Source: Burkholderiales bacterium
GTDB taxonomy: Bacteria; Pseudomonadota; Gammaproteobacteria; Burkholderiales; Ga0077523
Length of the DNA stretch: 64,000 bases
Reading direction: 5' to 3'
Assembly (NCBI GenBank): GCA_022843925.1
Contig: JALHMS010000001.1
Coordinates: forward strand, 328,741 to 392,740
In this document: positions 48,595 to 57,997 of the stretch, piece after piece
Position numbering within the stretch: the first letter of the stretch is position 1
Layout: each line of letters opens with the position of its first letter
Notes under the pieces: model-generated
Told to the model about the DNA's origin: nothing
Seen by the model: only the letters and a program-made list of their open reading frames with translations
Databases searched by the model: none
Position numbers and translations under genes: made by a program

Positions 48595-49446
48595 TCAGGT
48601 GTAGCTGTGGAAGCCGCGACCCGACTTGCGGCCCAGATAGCCCGCCTCGACCATCTCGACCAGCAGCGGCGCCGCGCGGTACTTCGGGTCCTTGAACCCC
48701 TCGAACAGCACCTGCATCACCGCGAGCTGGACGTCGAGGCCGATGAGGTCGCAGAGCGCCAGCGGACCGATGGGGTGGTTGCAGCCGAGGCGCATCGCGT
48801 CGTCGATCTCCTGCGCGGTGGCGAGTCCTTCCGCGAACGCGAAGATGGCCTCGTTGATCATCGGGCAGAGCATGCGGTTCACGACGAAGCCGGGCGAGTT
48901 GCGCACCTGGACCGGCGCCTTGCCGACGGCCTTCGAGAGCGCCTCGATGGCGGTGTAGGTCTGGTCGGACGTCTGCAGCCCGCGGATCACCTCGACCAGC
49001 TGCATCACGGGCACCGGGTTGAAGAAGTGCATCCCGATCACCTGGGACGAACGCTTGGTGGCGGCGGCAAGCTTCGTGATGGAGATGGACGACGTGTTGG
49101 AGGCGATGATCGCCTCGGGCTTCGCCAGGCCATCGAGGCGGCCGAAGAGGTCCAGCTTGAGCGCGAGGTTCTCGGTGGCGGCCTCGATGATGAGATCGGC
49201 CCCGGCGAGGGCATCGATGTCCGGCGTGGCGGTGATGCGCGAGATCGCCGCGGCCTTGGCGTCGGCGGTCATCCTGTCCTTCTTGACGAGGCGCTCGAGG
49301 CTGCCGTCGACGTTCTTCATGCCGCGGTCGAGCGGGGCCTGGGCGATGTCGTTGAGGATGACGGGATAGCCGGCGACGGCGAAGGCCTGGGCGATGCCGT
49401 TGCCCATGGTGCCGGCGCCGACGACGCCGATGGTCTGGATCTGCAT
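48595..49446 (-). CDS. 3-hydroxybutyryl-CoA / 3-hydroxyacyl-CoA dehydrogenase
   Basis: In-frame Met at 49446 ([20 protein letters not shown]). [13 protein letters not shown] and GFVVNRML motifs. 283 aa. Confidence 0.9.
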   Translation of the reverse strand: MQIQTIGVVGAGTMGNGIAQAFAVAGYPVILNDIAQAPLDRGMKNVDGSLERLVKKDRMTADAKAAAISRITATPDIDALAGADLIIEAATENLALKLDLFGRLDGLAKPEAIIASNTSSISITKLAAATKRSSQVIGMHFFNPVPVMQLVEVIRGLQTSDQTYTAIEALSKAVGKAPVQVRNSPGFVVNRMLCPMINEAIFAFAEGLATAQEIDDAMRLGCNHPIGPLALCDLIGLDVQLAVMQVLFEGFKDPKYRAAPLLVEMVEAGYLGRKSGRGFHSYT

Positions 49447-49523
49447 GGAGAGCTCTGGGTCGGGTGGGAAGGGAAGACGCGGGATTCTAATCGAGGGCTC
49501 CGGTCCGGCGTGGTGCCGCGTGC

Positions 49524-50696
49524 TCAGACCGACCGGCCCGCCGCCACGCCGGAACTCCAGGCCCACTGGAAGTTGAAGCCGCCCAGCCAGCCGGTCACGT
49601 CGACCACCTCCCCGATGAAGTAGAGGCCGGGCACCGCGGCCGATTCCATCGTCTTCGAGGACAGCCCTCGGGTGTCGACGCCGCCCACTGTGACCTCGGC
49701 CTTCTGGTAGCCCGTGGTCCCGGACGGCTTCACCTGCCAGTCGTGCAGGGCGTCGGCCACCGCGCGCACGGTCCGCTCGGGCAGCTCCGCCATGAAACGC
49801 GTGGCACCCATCGCCTCGCACCACTGCTGCGCGAAGCGCTTCGGGAGGACATCGGAAAGCACGGACGCGGGTGTCGACCGGGACTGACGCGCCGCCGCCA
49901 GCAGGGCGTGGGCGTCGTGGTCGGGCAGCAGGTCGACGTGGACGGGTGTGCCCGGCTCCCAGTACGACGACGCCTGCAGGATGGCCGGCCCGGACAGGCC
50001 CCGGTGCGTGAGCAGCAACGCTTCGCGGAACCGGGGGCCCTCGGCACTGACCACCGCCTCGACGGAGATGCCGGAGAGGTCGCCGTACCGGGCCAGTTCC
50101 GCGGCGTCGAATGCCAGCGGGACGAGACCCGGGCGCGGCGGCACGACGGCCAGTCCGAACTCTTCCGCGAGCCGGTATCCGAACGGGCTCGCACCGATCT
50201 TCGGGACCGACAGCCCGCCCGTGGCCACGACCAGCGACGATCCCTCGAAGGCGCCCGCCACGGTATCCACGACGAACCCGTCGCCCTCCCGCGTCACCGC
50301 GCGGATCTCGCAGCCGGTACGCCACGTCACGTGGCCGTCCTCGCACTCCGCCCGCAGCATGTCGATGATCTGCACGGCGCTCCCGTCGCAGAAGAGCTGG
50401 CCGAGCGTCTTCTCGTGGAACGCGATGCCGTGGCGCTTCACGAGCCCGATGAAGTCGGCCGGCGTGTAGCGCGCGAGGGCCGATCGGCAGAAGTGCGGAT
50501 TGCGGGAGAGGAAGTTCTCGGGCCGGCAGTGCAGATTGGTGAAATTGCACCGCCCGCCCCCCGAGATCCGGATCTTCTCGCCGATGCGGGTGGCGTGGTC
50601 GATGAGCAGCACGCGGCGGCCGCGCTGCCCGGCCGTGGCGCCACACAGCATTCCGGCGGCGCCGGCGCCGATCACGATGGTGTCGAAATCCCTCAT
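49524..50696 (-). CDS. HI0933/BaiN-like NAD(P)/FAD-dependent oxidoreductase
   Basis: 390 aa. FAD motif DTIVIGAGAAGMLCG, SGGGRCNFTN, and C-terminal GEVVDVTGWLGGFNFQWAWSSG. Confidence 0.85.
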   Translation of the reverse strand: MRDFDTIVIGAGAAGMLCGATAGQRGRRVLLIDHATRIGEKIRISGGGRCNFTNLHCRPENFLSRNPHFCRSALARYTPADFIGLVKRHGIAFHEKTLGQLFCDGSAVQIIDMLRAECEDGHVTWRTGCEIRAVTREGDGFVVDTVAGAFEGSSLVVATGGLSVPKIGASPFGYRLAEEFGLAVVPPRPGLVPLAFDAAELARYGDLSGISVEAVVSAEGPRFREALLLTHRGLSGPAILQASSYWEPGTPVHVDLLPDHDAHALLAAARQSRSTPASVLSDVLPKRFAQQWCEAMGATRFMAELPERTVRAVADALHDWQVKPSGTTGYQKAEVTVGGVDTRGLSSKTMESAAVPGLYFIGEVVDVTGWLGGFNFQWAWSSGVAAGRSV

Positions 50697-50858
50697 GGGG
50701 GTGGGAGCCTACGCGAATCCGGATGTCATGCCATGGGGATGCGAACGGTGGATCCGGGCGCGACGCACTCAACACGGCGACAGGCTTCCGCGCGACAATC
50801 GCGGAAACCAATTGCCGGGTCCGTACCCGGCACATCCTGCATCGGGGGCCCAGGACAC

Positions 50859-51803
50859 ATGTATCTGAGTGCAGAGGACATCGCGCGGCTGGAAGGCACG
50901 AGGAAGGTGCACTTCCTCCACCCGGACGCGATCCGGATCGACAAGTCCCTCGGGGACGCCACGGGACTCACCCGGATCGGCGTGCACCTCATCACGGTGG
51001 CGCCCGGCGACGCCTCGACCGAGTTCCACGCGCATCGCTACGAGGAGGAATGCGTCTACGTCCTTTCGGGGTTCGGGTCCGCCATCATCGGCGAGCGCAC
51101 GGTGCGCATCGGCCCGGGGGATTTCATCGGGTTTCCGGCCAACGGCGTCGCGCACGAACTGCTGAACACGGGGGACGAGCCGCTGGTGTGTCTCGTGATG
51201 GGGCAGCGACTCCCTGTCGACATCGTGGACTATCCGCGTCGCGGTCTGCGCCTGTACCGGCACGACGGCGAATGGGATCTCGCGGAGGTGGAGAAGCTCG
51301 AGCATCCCGAGCGCGGCAACCATGCGATCCAACCCGGCGCCGCCATGCGCCTGCGGCCGCAGCTCGTCCGGATCGGACAGGACGGCGCCCCGGAGGCCTA
51401 TGCCCACGCCCTCTCCGATGCGGCGCGCGGCGCCTGCATGGCCTCCGCGGCGCTCTATCGTTCCGCCGGGTTCGTGCCCCCCTGGATCTGTTACCTCTGC
51501 CTGATCGACGGTCAGTGCGTGGGCACATGCGCCTTCAAGGCAGCGCCCCGCGGTGGTCAGGTCGAGATCGCGTACTTCACCTTTCCGGAGTTCGAGGGGC
51601 GGGGGTACGCGACGGCCATGGCGCTCACCCTCATCGAGATGGCGCGCGCGGAGTTGCCCGGCATCGTCGTCGTCGCCCTGACGCTCCCGGAGGAGAACGC
51701 ATCGACAAAGGTGCTTCGCAAGCTGGGTTTCCGTCTGGTCGGACGGGTGCGGCATCCCGAGGACGGCGAGGTCTGGGAGTGGGAGCTGCCGCCGCCGGTG
51801 TAG
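50859..51803 (+). CDS. cupin-domain / GNAT acetyltransferase fusion (single uninterrupted frame)
   Basis: ATG at 50859. Residues 1-150 are cupin-like (TEFHAHRYEEECVYVLSG...GDFIGFPANGVAHEL). From Met 163 (ATG 51345) the sequence is GNAT-like (EIAYFTFPEFEGRGYATAM...KLGFRLVG). No stop codon lies between the two parts. Confidence 0.7.
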   Translation: MYLSAEDIARLEGTRKVHFLHPDAIRIDKSLGDATGLTRIGVHLITVAPGDASTEFHAHRYEEECVYVLSGFGSAIIGERTVRIGPGDFIGFPANGVAHELLNTGDEPLVCLVMGQRLPVDIVDYPRRGLRLYRHDGEWDLAEVEKLEHPERGNHAIQPGAAMRLRPQLVRIGQDGAPEAYAHALSDAARGACMASAALYRSAGFVPPWICYLCLIDGQCVGTCAFKAAPRGGQVEIAYFTFPEFEGRGYATAMALTLIEMARAELPGIVVVALTLPEENASTKVLRKLGFRLVGRVRHPEDGEVWEWELPPPV

Positions 51804-51882
51804 GCAGGGGCCGGGGTGGTCGAACCCCATTCCGGCACGGCGGCCGTTTCATGGCGTGTATCCCTCACCCAAGGAGCACGCC

Positions 51883-52707
51883 ATGCAGAAGCGCCCCCGG
51901 ACCCGCGCGATTTTCGCGGCCTTCGCCGTGTCCACCGTCCTCGCCCTGGGGGCCGTGGCCGCGCCCGCCCACGCGGTGGGCAGCCTTGCGGACGTCGCCA
52001 TCGTCGATCGCACCACCGGCCAGACCCTGTCCACGTATCACGCCGACGGGAAGTGGTACGTGGCGGGCCGGCCCGGTACCCGCTACGAGATACGGTTGCG
52101 CAACGTTGCGGGCGACGCGGTTCTCGCGGTGATTTCCGTCGACGGGGTCAACGTGGTCACCGGCGAGACGGCATCGCCGACCCAATCCGGGTACATCCTC
52201 GCGCCCGGCACGACCGCACCGATACGGGGATGGCGCAAGGACCTCTCCCGGGTCGCAGCCTTCACGTTCACCTCCCTCGACAACGCCTACGCCACGCGCA
52301 CGGGGCGCCCCGACAACGTCGGCGTGATCGGTGTGGCGGTGTTCCGGCGCAAGCCCGAGCCGCCACCCGTCGCGAGCCAACTGTACGGGATGCCGTACCT
52401 GCGCCGGATGGAGCCCGCCCGCGGTACCGCGGGCGAGGGCGATGCTGCCGGCGGCGCCGCCCAGGACCGAGCCTCGGCACCGGTGCAGAAGAGTCTCGGA
52501 ACCGGCCACGGGCGCATCGAGACATCGACCGTCCGGTACGAGAACTTCGAGCGGGCCACCGACGTCCCGGACGAGATCATCGCGATCCGCTACGACAGCC
52601 ACGCGAATCTCGTGGCGCTCGGCGTGATTCCCCGGCCACCCCTGCCATCCCGGGATCCGCAGCCGTTCCCTGCGCGGTTCGTTCCGGATCCGCCGGCGCG
52701 CTGGTGA
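51883..52707 (+). CDS. secreted hypothetical protein, conserved-looking beta-rich domain
   Basis: AAGGAG lies 7 nt upstream of the ATG at 51883. Signal peptide MQKRPRTRAIFAAFAVSTVLALGAVAAPAHA. Core RYEIRLRNVAGDAVLAVISVDGVNVVTGE...IRGWRKDL...TGRPDNVGVIGVAVF. I recall similar unannotated proteins in Burkholderiales but cannot name a family. Confidence 0.6.
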   Translation: MQKRPRTRAIFAAFAVSTVLALGAVAAPAHAVGSLADVAIVDRTTGQTLSTYHADGKWYVAGRPGTRYEIRLRNVAGDAVLAVISVDGVNVVTGETASPTQSGYILAPGTTAPIRGWRKDLSRVAAFTFTSLDNAYATRTGRPDNVGVIGVAVFRRKPEPPPVASQLYGMPYLRRMEPARGTAGEGDAAGGAAQDRASAPVQKSLGTGHGRIETSTVRYENFERATDVPDEIIAIRYDSHANLVALGVIPRPPLPSRDPQPFPARFVPDPPARW

Positions 52708-52720
52708 CCGGCCGGCGGCC

Positions 52721-53224
52721 TCAGCCCGGTTCGTCGAACGGCGGTTCCGGCAGTTCTATCGGGACCGGCATGCGACCGAGGAACTGGTCGAGGATCACCC
52801 GCCGCGCGTAGGCGGACATCTTGAGGCCGTGGTTCCCCGCCAGTCGGGCGAGGTCGTCGCGCATCCGGGCGGGGACGTACGCGCGCACGTCGGCGATGTT
52901 CTTGCCGAGGTCGGGTCGGTACGTCGGGGAGCGCGAGGCCGCGTGCCGCGGGCGGGGCACGGCCCACCCGGCCTCGTCGCCGTAGTGGGCGTGCAGGTCG
53001 CACCAGCCGTAGAGGTGCGCGAACAGGAGCTGCGTGACGAGGCCGGCCTTGGAGACGCCGAGCCGCGTGGCCCAGGTCTCGAGCAGGGCTTCGACGCTCT
53101 CGGGCAACCACACCTTGAGGGGTACGTGTTCTCCGGAGAGGAACTCGAAGTCGCGTCCCGTGCCCACGTGGGCAAGGGGATACCGGAGCGGTGCATCGTC
53201 GTCGTCGTCCTCCTCCTGGGGCAT
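52721..53224 (-). CDS. hypothetical protein with two ribbon-helix-helix-like repeats and a poly-acidic N-terminus
   Basis: 167 aa starting MPQEEDDDDDAPL. Two strand-helix-turn-helix patterns: LKVWLPESVEALLETWATRLGVSKAGLVTQLLFAHL and VRAYVPARMRDDLARLAGNHGLKMSAYARRVILDQFL. RHH assignment is pattern-based inference. Confidence 0.5.
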   Translation of the reverse strand: MPQEEDDDDDAPLRYPLAHVGTGRDFEFLSGEHVPLKVWLPESVEALLETWATRLGVSKAGLVTQLLFAHLYGWCDLHAHYGDEAGWAVPRPRHAASRSPTYRPDLGKNIADVRAYVPARMRDDLARLAGNHGLKMSAYARRVILDQFLGRMPVPIELPEPPFDEPG

Positions 53225-53268
53225 ACTCGGCCGGCATCCACGCGTTCTCGACGGAGCGAAGCTTACCC

Positions 53269-53691
53269 GTGCCCCCTTCGATACGAAATCCGTTCGCCGC
53301 GGTGGTTCTCGCTGCGGTCCTCCCGGTGGTCCTGGCAGCGGCGTCGGCGGTGCCTGCGCAGGCGCAGCAGGCGCGCGCGGCGGCCGCCCGCGTGCTGATC
53401 CAGACCACCCTCACGGCGGGTCTCGCACACCACGAGGCCAAGGCGGTCTGGGCCGATCTCGCGCCCGGCGACCCACTCGTGCTGGTGCGCGAACCGACGA
53501 ATCCGGACGATCCCGATGCCGTGCGGGTCGAGTGGCACGGACGACTGCTGGGCTATCTGCCGCGCGCCGACAACGCCGACGTGGCACGGATGCTCGATCG
53601 GGGTCAGTCGCTGGGAGCCAGCATCCGGACCGTGGCCCGCTATCGCAACCACCGCCGCAAGCTCGAGATCGACATCCACGCGGCCTGGTGA
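53269..53691 (+). CDS. HIRAN-domain protein with N-terminal signal peptide
   Basis: In-frame GTG at 53269 (ggag 12 nt upstream) gives MPPSIRNPFAAVVLAAVLPVVLAAASAVPAQA. HIRAN core LVLVREPTNPDDPDAVRVEWHGRLLGYLPRADNADVARMLDRG. The track start at 53191 (also a GTG) would overlap the divergent gene. Confidence 0.7.
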   Translation: MPPSIRNPFAAVVLAAVLPVVLAAASAVPAQAQQARAAAARVLIQTTLTAGLAHHEAKAVWADLAPGDPLVLVREPTNPDDPDAVRVEWHGRLLGYLPRADNADVARMLDRGQSLGASIRTVARYRNHRRKLEIDIHAAW

Positions 53692-53802
53692 CCCCGGTTC
53701 CTCAAGTCGCCCACCCGATCTCCGTAACAGCCTCAAACGTCCCGGCGAGCGGGATGTCGCATCGCGCCGGCAGCCGTCCGGCAACGTCACGTGAGGCTTT
53801 GC

Positions 53803-55443
53803 ATGTCATTCCTGAACCAACTCAGCATCCGGATGAAGCTTTGGGCCCTGATGGGCATCGGCGCGGTCGGTGTTCTCCTTGCGCTGGGCGTGACCCTCCA
53901 GGAGGAGCGGGACATCCTCGTCGAGGATCGCAAGGCGAAGACCCGCAACATCGTCGAGGTCGGCTACGGTCTGGTGGTCCACTACGGCAAGCTCGCCGAG
54001 GAGGGCAAGATGTCGCCCGACGCCGCGAAGACGGCCGCGAAGGAAGCGCTGAGGGCCATGCGCTACGAGGGCAAGGAGTACTACTGGATCCACGACCTGC
54101 AGCAGGTGGTGGTGATGCACGCGGCGAAGCCCGAGATGGAAGGTCAGGACCGCACCGACATCGCGGATCCCAAGGGCAAGAAGGTCTACGTGTCGATGAA
54201 CGAGCTGGTGCGGCGGGACAAGCAGGGCTTCGTCGACTACTACTGGCCGAAGGCCGGCTCCGCCGAGCCGGTGCACAAGATCTCCTACGTCATGCTGTAC
54301 GAACCGTGGGGCTGGGTCGTGGGCTCCGGCATCTACACCGACGATGTCGACGCCATCTTCCTCGGCTCCCTGAAGCACGTCGGGATCTGGAGCGCCGGCC
54401 TGTGCACCGTGTTCGGGGCGTTGCTCTGGTGGCTCACGCGCAGCATCGCCCGTCCGGTCGACGCGCTGCGCGCCTTCGGGAACACCATGCAGGAGATCGG
54501 CCGCGACGGCGATCTGTCCCGCCGGATGCCGGTCCATGGGGACGACGAGATCGCGTCGGTCATGAAGGCATTCAACAACCTGATGGACAACTTCCAGTCG
54601 GGCCTCAGGGGTGTGTTCTCGTATCTGTCGACCGTCTCGACCGCGAGCGAGCGGACCGTGGACCGCGCCACCAGCATCCGCGACGGTTCCACGAGTCAGC
54701 GTCAGTCGGTGACCGAAGCCGCCGTGGCGGCGGAGCAGATGACCCGCAACATCGAGAAGATCGCCGAGGACACCCGCGCGGCGGAACAGCTGGCCGGTGA
54801 CGCGGGCAGCATGGCCTCCGCCGGCGAACAGACCGTTCGTTCCGTGACCGAGGGCATGCACCGCATCGCCGACAACGTGGCGCAGTCGGCCTCGATCATC
54901 CAGACGCTCGGGAGCCGTTCCCAGGAGATCACGGGCATCGTCCAGGTGATCAAGGACATCGCCGACCAGACCAACCTGCTGGCGCTCAACGCGGCCATCG
55001 AGGCGGCGCGGGCGGGCGAGCAGGGCCGCGGCTTCGCCGTCGTGGCCGACGAAGTGCGCAAGCTCGCCGAGCGTTCCGCGGGGGCGACCACCGAGATCAG
55101 CAAGGTCATCGGATCCATCCAGAGCGACACCACGCGCGCCGTGGATGCCATGCAGAACGGCAGCGTGATCGCCCGCGAAGGTGTCGAACAGGTGGCGCGT
55201 GCCGGCGAGTCGATGGTCGCCATCCTGCACAGCACCGAGCGCATCGGCAGTCTCACCCGCGACATCGCGGCTTCCGTGCGGACCCAGACCGACGCCGTCC
55301 GCGACATCGCGGCCCGGGCCGAGGAGATCGCCCGTCAGGCCGAGAGCAACAGCGCGTCCAGCGTGGATGCGCATGCGGAGGCGGTATCCCTCGCCGAGGC
55401 TTCGCGGAGTCTGAACGCCGCCGTCGCCCACTTCCGGGCCTGA
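53803..55443 (+). CDS. methyl-accepting chemotaxis protein with single-Cache (sCache_2-like) sensor
   Basis: ATG at 53803 ([14 protein letters not shown]). Sensor motif [13 protein letters not shown]...[13 protein letters not shown] and conserved signalling tip [40 protein letters not shown]. Confidence 0.9.
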   Translation: MSFLNQLSIRMKLWALMGIGAVGVLLALGVTLQEERDILVEDRKAKTRNIVEVGYGLVVHYGKLAEEGKMSPDAAKTAAKEALRAMRYEGKEYYWIHDLQQVVVMHAAKPEMEGQDRTDIADPKGKKVYVSMNELVRRDKQGFVDYYWPKAGSAEPVHKISYVMLYEPWGWVVGSGIYTDDVDAIFLGSLKHVGIWSAGLCTVFGALLWWLTRSIARPVDALRAFGNTMQEIGRDGDLSRRMPVHGDDEIASVMKAFNNLMDNFQSGLRGVFSYLSTVSTASERTVDRATSIRDGSTSQRQSVTEAAVAAEQMTRNIEKIAEDTRAAEQLAGDAGSMASAGEQTVRSVTEGMHRIADNVAQSASIIQTLGSRSQEITGIVQVIKDIADQTNLLALNAAIEAARAGEQGRGFAVVADEVRKLAERSAGATTEISKVIGSIQSDTTRAVDAMQNGSVIAREGVEQVARAGESMVAILHSTERIGSLTRDIAASVRTQTDAVRDIAARAEEIARQAESNSASSVDAHAEAVSLAEASRSLNAAVAHFRA

Positions 55444-55469
55444 TCCACCTTCTGCAGCACCCTTGCCCC

Positions 55470-55497
55470 GTGGCGACCCTCCGGTTGGGGTCGCCAC
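55470..55497 (+). terminator. hairpin downstream of the MCP gene
   Basis: GTGGCGACCC-tccggttg-GGGTCGCCAC, a 10-bp perfect stem 27 nt after the stop. No U-tract, so the function is uncertain. Confidence 0.35.
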
Positions 55498-55584
55498 CCA
55501 GGGCGCCGTGAGGCATGCTCCCGCCTTTGCGCCGATCGCCGCCGCCCGGATGGTGATCGGGCATCCCGACGCGGAGATCCTTGC

Positions 55585-56796
55585 ATGCCACAGAGACGCA
55601 GGCGCGAAACCGGCGTATCGACCCTGGACCGCTTCTTCTGTTCCTGCCCGCGCGGTCTCGAGGCTGCGCTTGCCGCCGAACTCGGCGAGCTCGGCGTAGG
55701 CGGTGTGGAGGAAGTGCCCGGCGGCGTCGCTTTCACCGGCGGCTGGGCTGACTGCTACCGTGTGAACCTCATGAGCCGGATCGCGAGCCGCGTGCTCTGG
55801 CGGGTCGGCTCCGCGCGCTATCGCGACGAGCACGACATCTATCGCGCCGCGATCGATCTCCCCTGGAACACCTGGTTCGACGTGGAGCAGACCCTGCGGG
55901 TCGACGTCTCCGCCATCCGCAGCCCGGTGCGCAGCCTGGAGTTCGTCACGCTGCGCGTGAAGGATGCCGTGTGCGATCGCTTCCGCGCCGAGACCGGGTC
56001 GCGCCCGAGTGTCGACACCACCGATCCCGACGCCCGTGTGCAGGCCTTCCTCACCGACCGCGATGTCACCTTCTACCTCGACACCTCCGGCGAGGCCCTC
56101 TTCAAGCGCGGGGCCCGGCGCGAAGTCACCAACGCACCGCTGCGGGAGAACCTTGCGGCGGGGATCCTCCGCCTGACCGGTTGGCGGCCCGACGAGCCGC
56201 TCGTGGATCCGATGTGCGGCGGCGGAACCTTCCTCTCGGAAGCGGCGCAGATGGCCCTCGGGCTCGCCCCCGGCGCCGGGCGGCGCTTCGGTTTCGAGCG
56301 GCTCGCCGTGTTCGATACGGATCTCTGGAAGCGCACGCGCGCGGCTGCGATGACGGTGCCCGAGGGCCGCCCGAAGCCCATGCTGTACGGCTCGGACATC
56401 GACCCCGCGGCGATCGAGGCGACACGGGCGAATCTGGAAGCCGCCGGCGTGCTCGACTTCGTGGAACTGCGTCGCGTCGACGCGCTGGAACTCGTGCCAC
56501 CCGCAACGCCGGGCGTCATGATCGCCAACCCGCCCTACGGCGAGCGCATGGGTGACACCGAACGGCTGCGTGCCTTCTATCCGCTGCTGGGGGACCGCCT
56601 CAAGAAGGCCTGGCCCGGCTGGCGTGCCTATCTCTTCTCGGCCGACATGGAACTCGCGAAGCGGATCGGGCTGAAGGCCTCCCGGCGCACGCCGCTCTTC
56701 AACGGCCCGCTCGAATGCCGGTTGTTCGAATACAAGGTGGTGGCGGGGACGAACCGGGGAACGGCGTTTGCGGAGCAGGCGAGCCCGGGTTCCTAG
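55585..56796 (+). CDS. THUMP-domain class I SAM-dependent RNA methyltransferase (RlmL/RlmK N-terminal-module-like)
   Basis: 403 aa. FFCSCPRGLEAALAAEL, THUMP region, SAM motif I DPMCGGGTF and motif IV NPPYGER. Confidence 0.85.
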   Translation: MPQRRRRETGVSTLDRFFCSCPRGLEAALAAELGELGVGGVEEVPGGVAFTGGWADCYRVNLMSRIASRVLWRVGSARYRDEHDIYRAAIDLPWNTWFDVEQTLRVDVSAIRSPVRSLEFVTLRVKDAVCDRFRAETGSRPSVDTTDPDARVQAFLTDRDVTFYLDTSGEALFKRGARREVTNAPLRENLAAGILRLTGWRPDEPLVDPMCGGGTFLSEAAQMALGLAPGAGRRFGFERLAVFDTDLWKRTRAAAMTVPEGRPKPMLYGSDIDPAAIEATRANLEAAGVLDFVELRRVDALELVPPATPGVMIANPPYGERMGDTERLRAFYPLLGDRLKKAWPGWRAYLFSADMELAKRIGLKASRRTPLFNGPLECRLFEYKVVAGTNRGTAFAEQASPGS

Positions 56797-57929
56797 ACGA
56801 TGTTGAGGTGATCCAGCCCCGACATCATGTCGCGGTCCTTGGCGTCCTTGCCCTGCAGCTTGATCGCGAGGCGCAGTTCGTTCATCGAGTCGGCGTTCCG
56901 CAGGGCGTCCTCGTACGTGATGTGGCCGCCTTCGTAGAGGTCGAACAGGGCCTGGTCGAAGGTCTGCATGCCGAGCTCGCGCGATTTCGCCATGATCGAC
57001 TTGATCTCGTGCACGTCGCCCTTGAAGATCAGGTCCGAGATGAGCGGTGAATTCAGCAGGATCTCGATCGCGGCCGAGCGGCCCTTCGAGTCGCGCTTCG
57101 GGATGAGTCGCTGGGAGATCATGCCCTTCAGGTTGAGCGACAGGTCCATCAGCAGCTGGGCGCGGCGCTCTTCCGGGAAGAAGTTGATGATCCGGTCCAG
57201 TGCCTGGTTGGCGCTGTTCGCGTGCAGGGTGCACATGCAGAGGTGGCCGGTCTCGGCGAAGGCGATGGCGTGCTCCATCGTCTCGCGCTCCCGGATCTCG
57301 CCGATCAGGATCACGTCGGGTGCCTGCCGGAGGGTGTTCTTGAGGGCCGCCTCCCAGGACTCCGTGTCGACGCCCACCTCGCGTTGCGAGACGACGCAGT
57401 TGCGGTGCTCGTGCACGTACTCGATCGGGTCCTCGATCGTGATGATGTGACCCTGGCTGTTCTCGTTCCGGTAACCGATCATCGCCGCGAGGGTCGTCGA
57501 CTTGCCCGATCCGGTCGCGCCGACCACGATGACCAGACCGCGCTTGGTCATCACGATGTCCTTCAGGGTCTCCGGGAGGCCGAGATCCTCCATCTTCGGG
57601 ATCTGCGTGTTGATCGTCCGCAGCACCAGCCCGACCCGTCCCTGCTGCACGAAGGCGTTGACGCGGAAGCGCCCGATGCCCGGGGGGTTGATGGCGAAAT
57701 TGCACTCCTTGTTGCGCTCGAACTCCGCCGCCTGGCGGTCGTTCATGATGGCGCGGGCGAGTTCCGCGGTGTGCACGGCCGTGAGGCTCTGGCTGGACAC
57801 CGGCGTCATCTTCCCGTCGAGCTTGAAGGCGGGCGGGAAGCTGGCCGTCAGGAACAGGTCCGATGCCTTCTTGCCGACCATCGCGCGCAGCAGGTCGTGG
57901 ATGAACTTGATGGCCTGATCGCGATCCAT
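56793..57929 (-). CDS. pilU: type IV pilus retraction ATPase PilU
   Basis: 378 aa. Walker A GATGSGKSTT and PilT/PilU hexameric ATPase core. It lacks the AIRNLIRE motif and lies downstream of pilT, as in Pseudomonas. Confidence 0.85.
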   Translation of the reverse strand: MDRDQAIKFIHDLLRAMVGKKASDLFLTASFPPAFKLDGKMTPVSSQSLTAVHTAELARAIMNDRQAAEFERNKECNFAINPPGIGRFRVNAFVQQGRVGLVLRTINTQIPKMEDLGLPETLKDIVMTKRGLVIVVGATGSGKSTTLAAMIGYRNENSQGHIITIEDPIEYVHEHRNCVVSQREVGVDTESWEAALKNTLRQAPDVILIGEIRERETMEHAIAFAETGHLCMCTLHANSANQALDRIINFFPEERRAQLLMDLSLNLKGMISQRLIPKRDSKGRSAAIEILLNSPLISDLIFKGDVHEIKSIMAKSRELGMQTFDQALFDLYEGGHITYEDALRNADSMNELRLAIKLQGKDAKDRDMMSGLDHLNIV

Positions 57930-57997
57930 TTTTCTACTCCTCCGGCCGGGGCGGCGCGCACGCGCGTCACCCGGGCATAGCGTTCCCCATGGCCGGA

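Noticed and set aside
53806-57705. 1299-aa minus-strand ORF
   Set aside because: It spans the MCP and RNA methyltransferase genes in antisense and pilU out of frame. The composition is Arg/Gly/Pro/Asp-rich junk. Three well-supported genes already explain the DNA.
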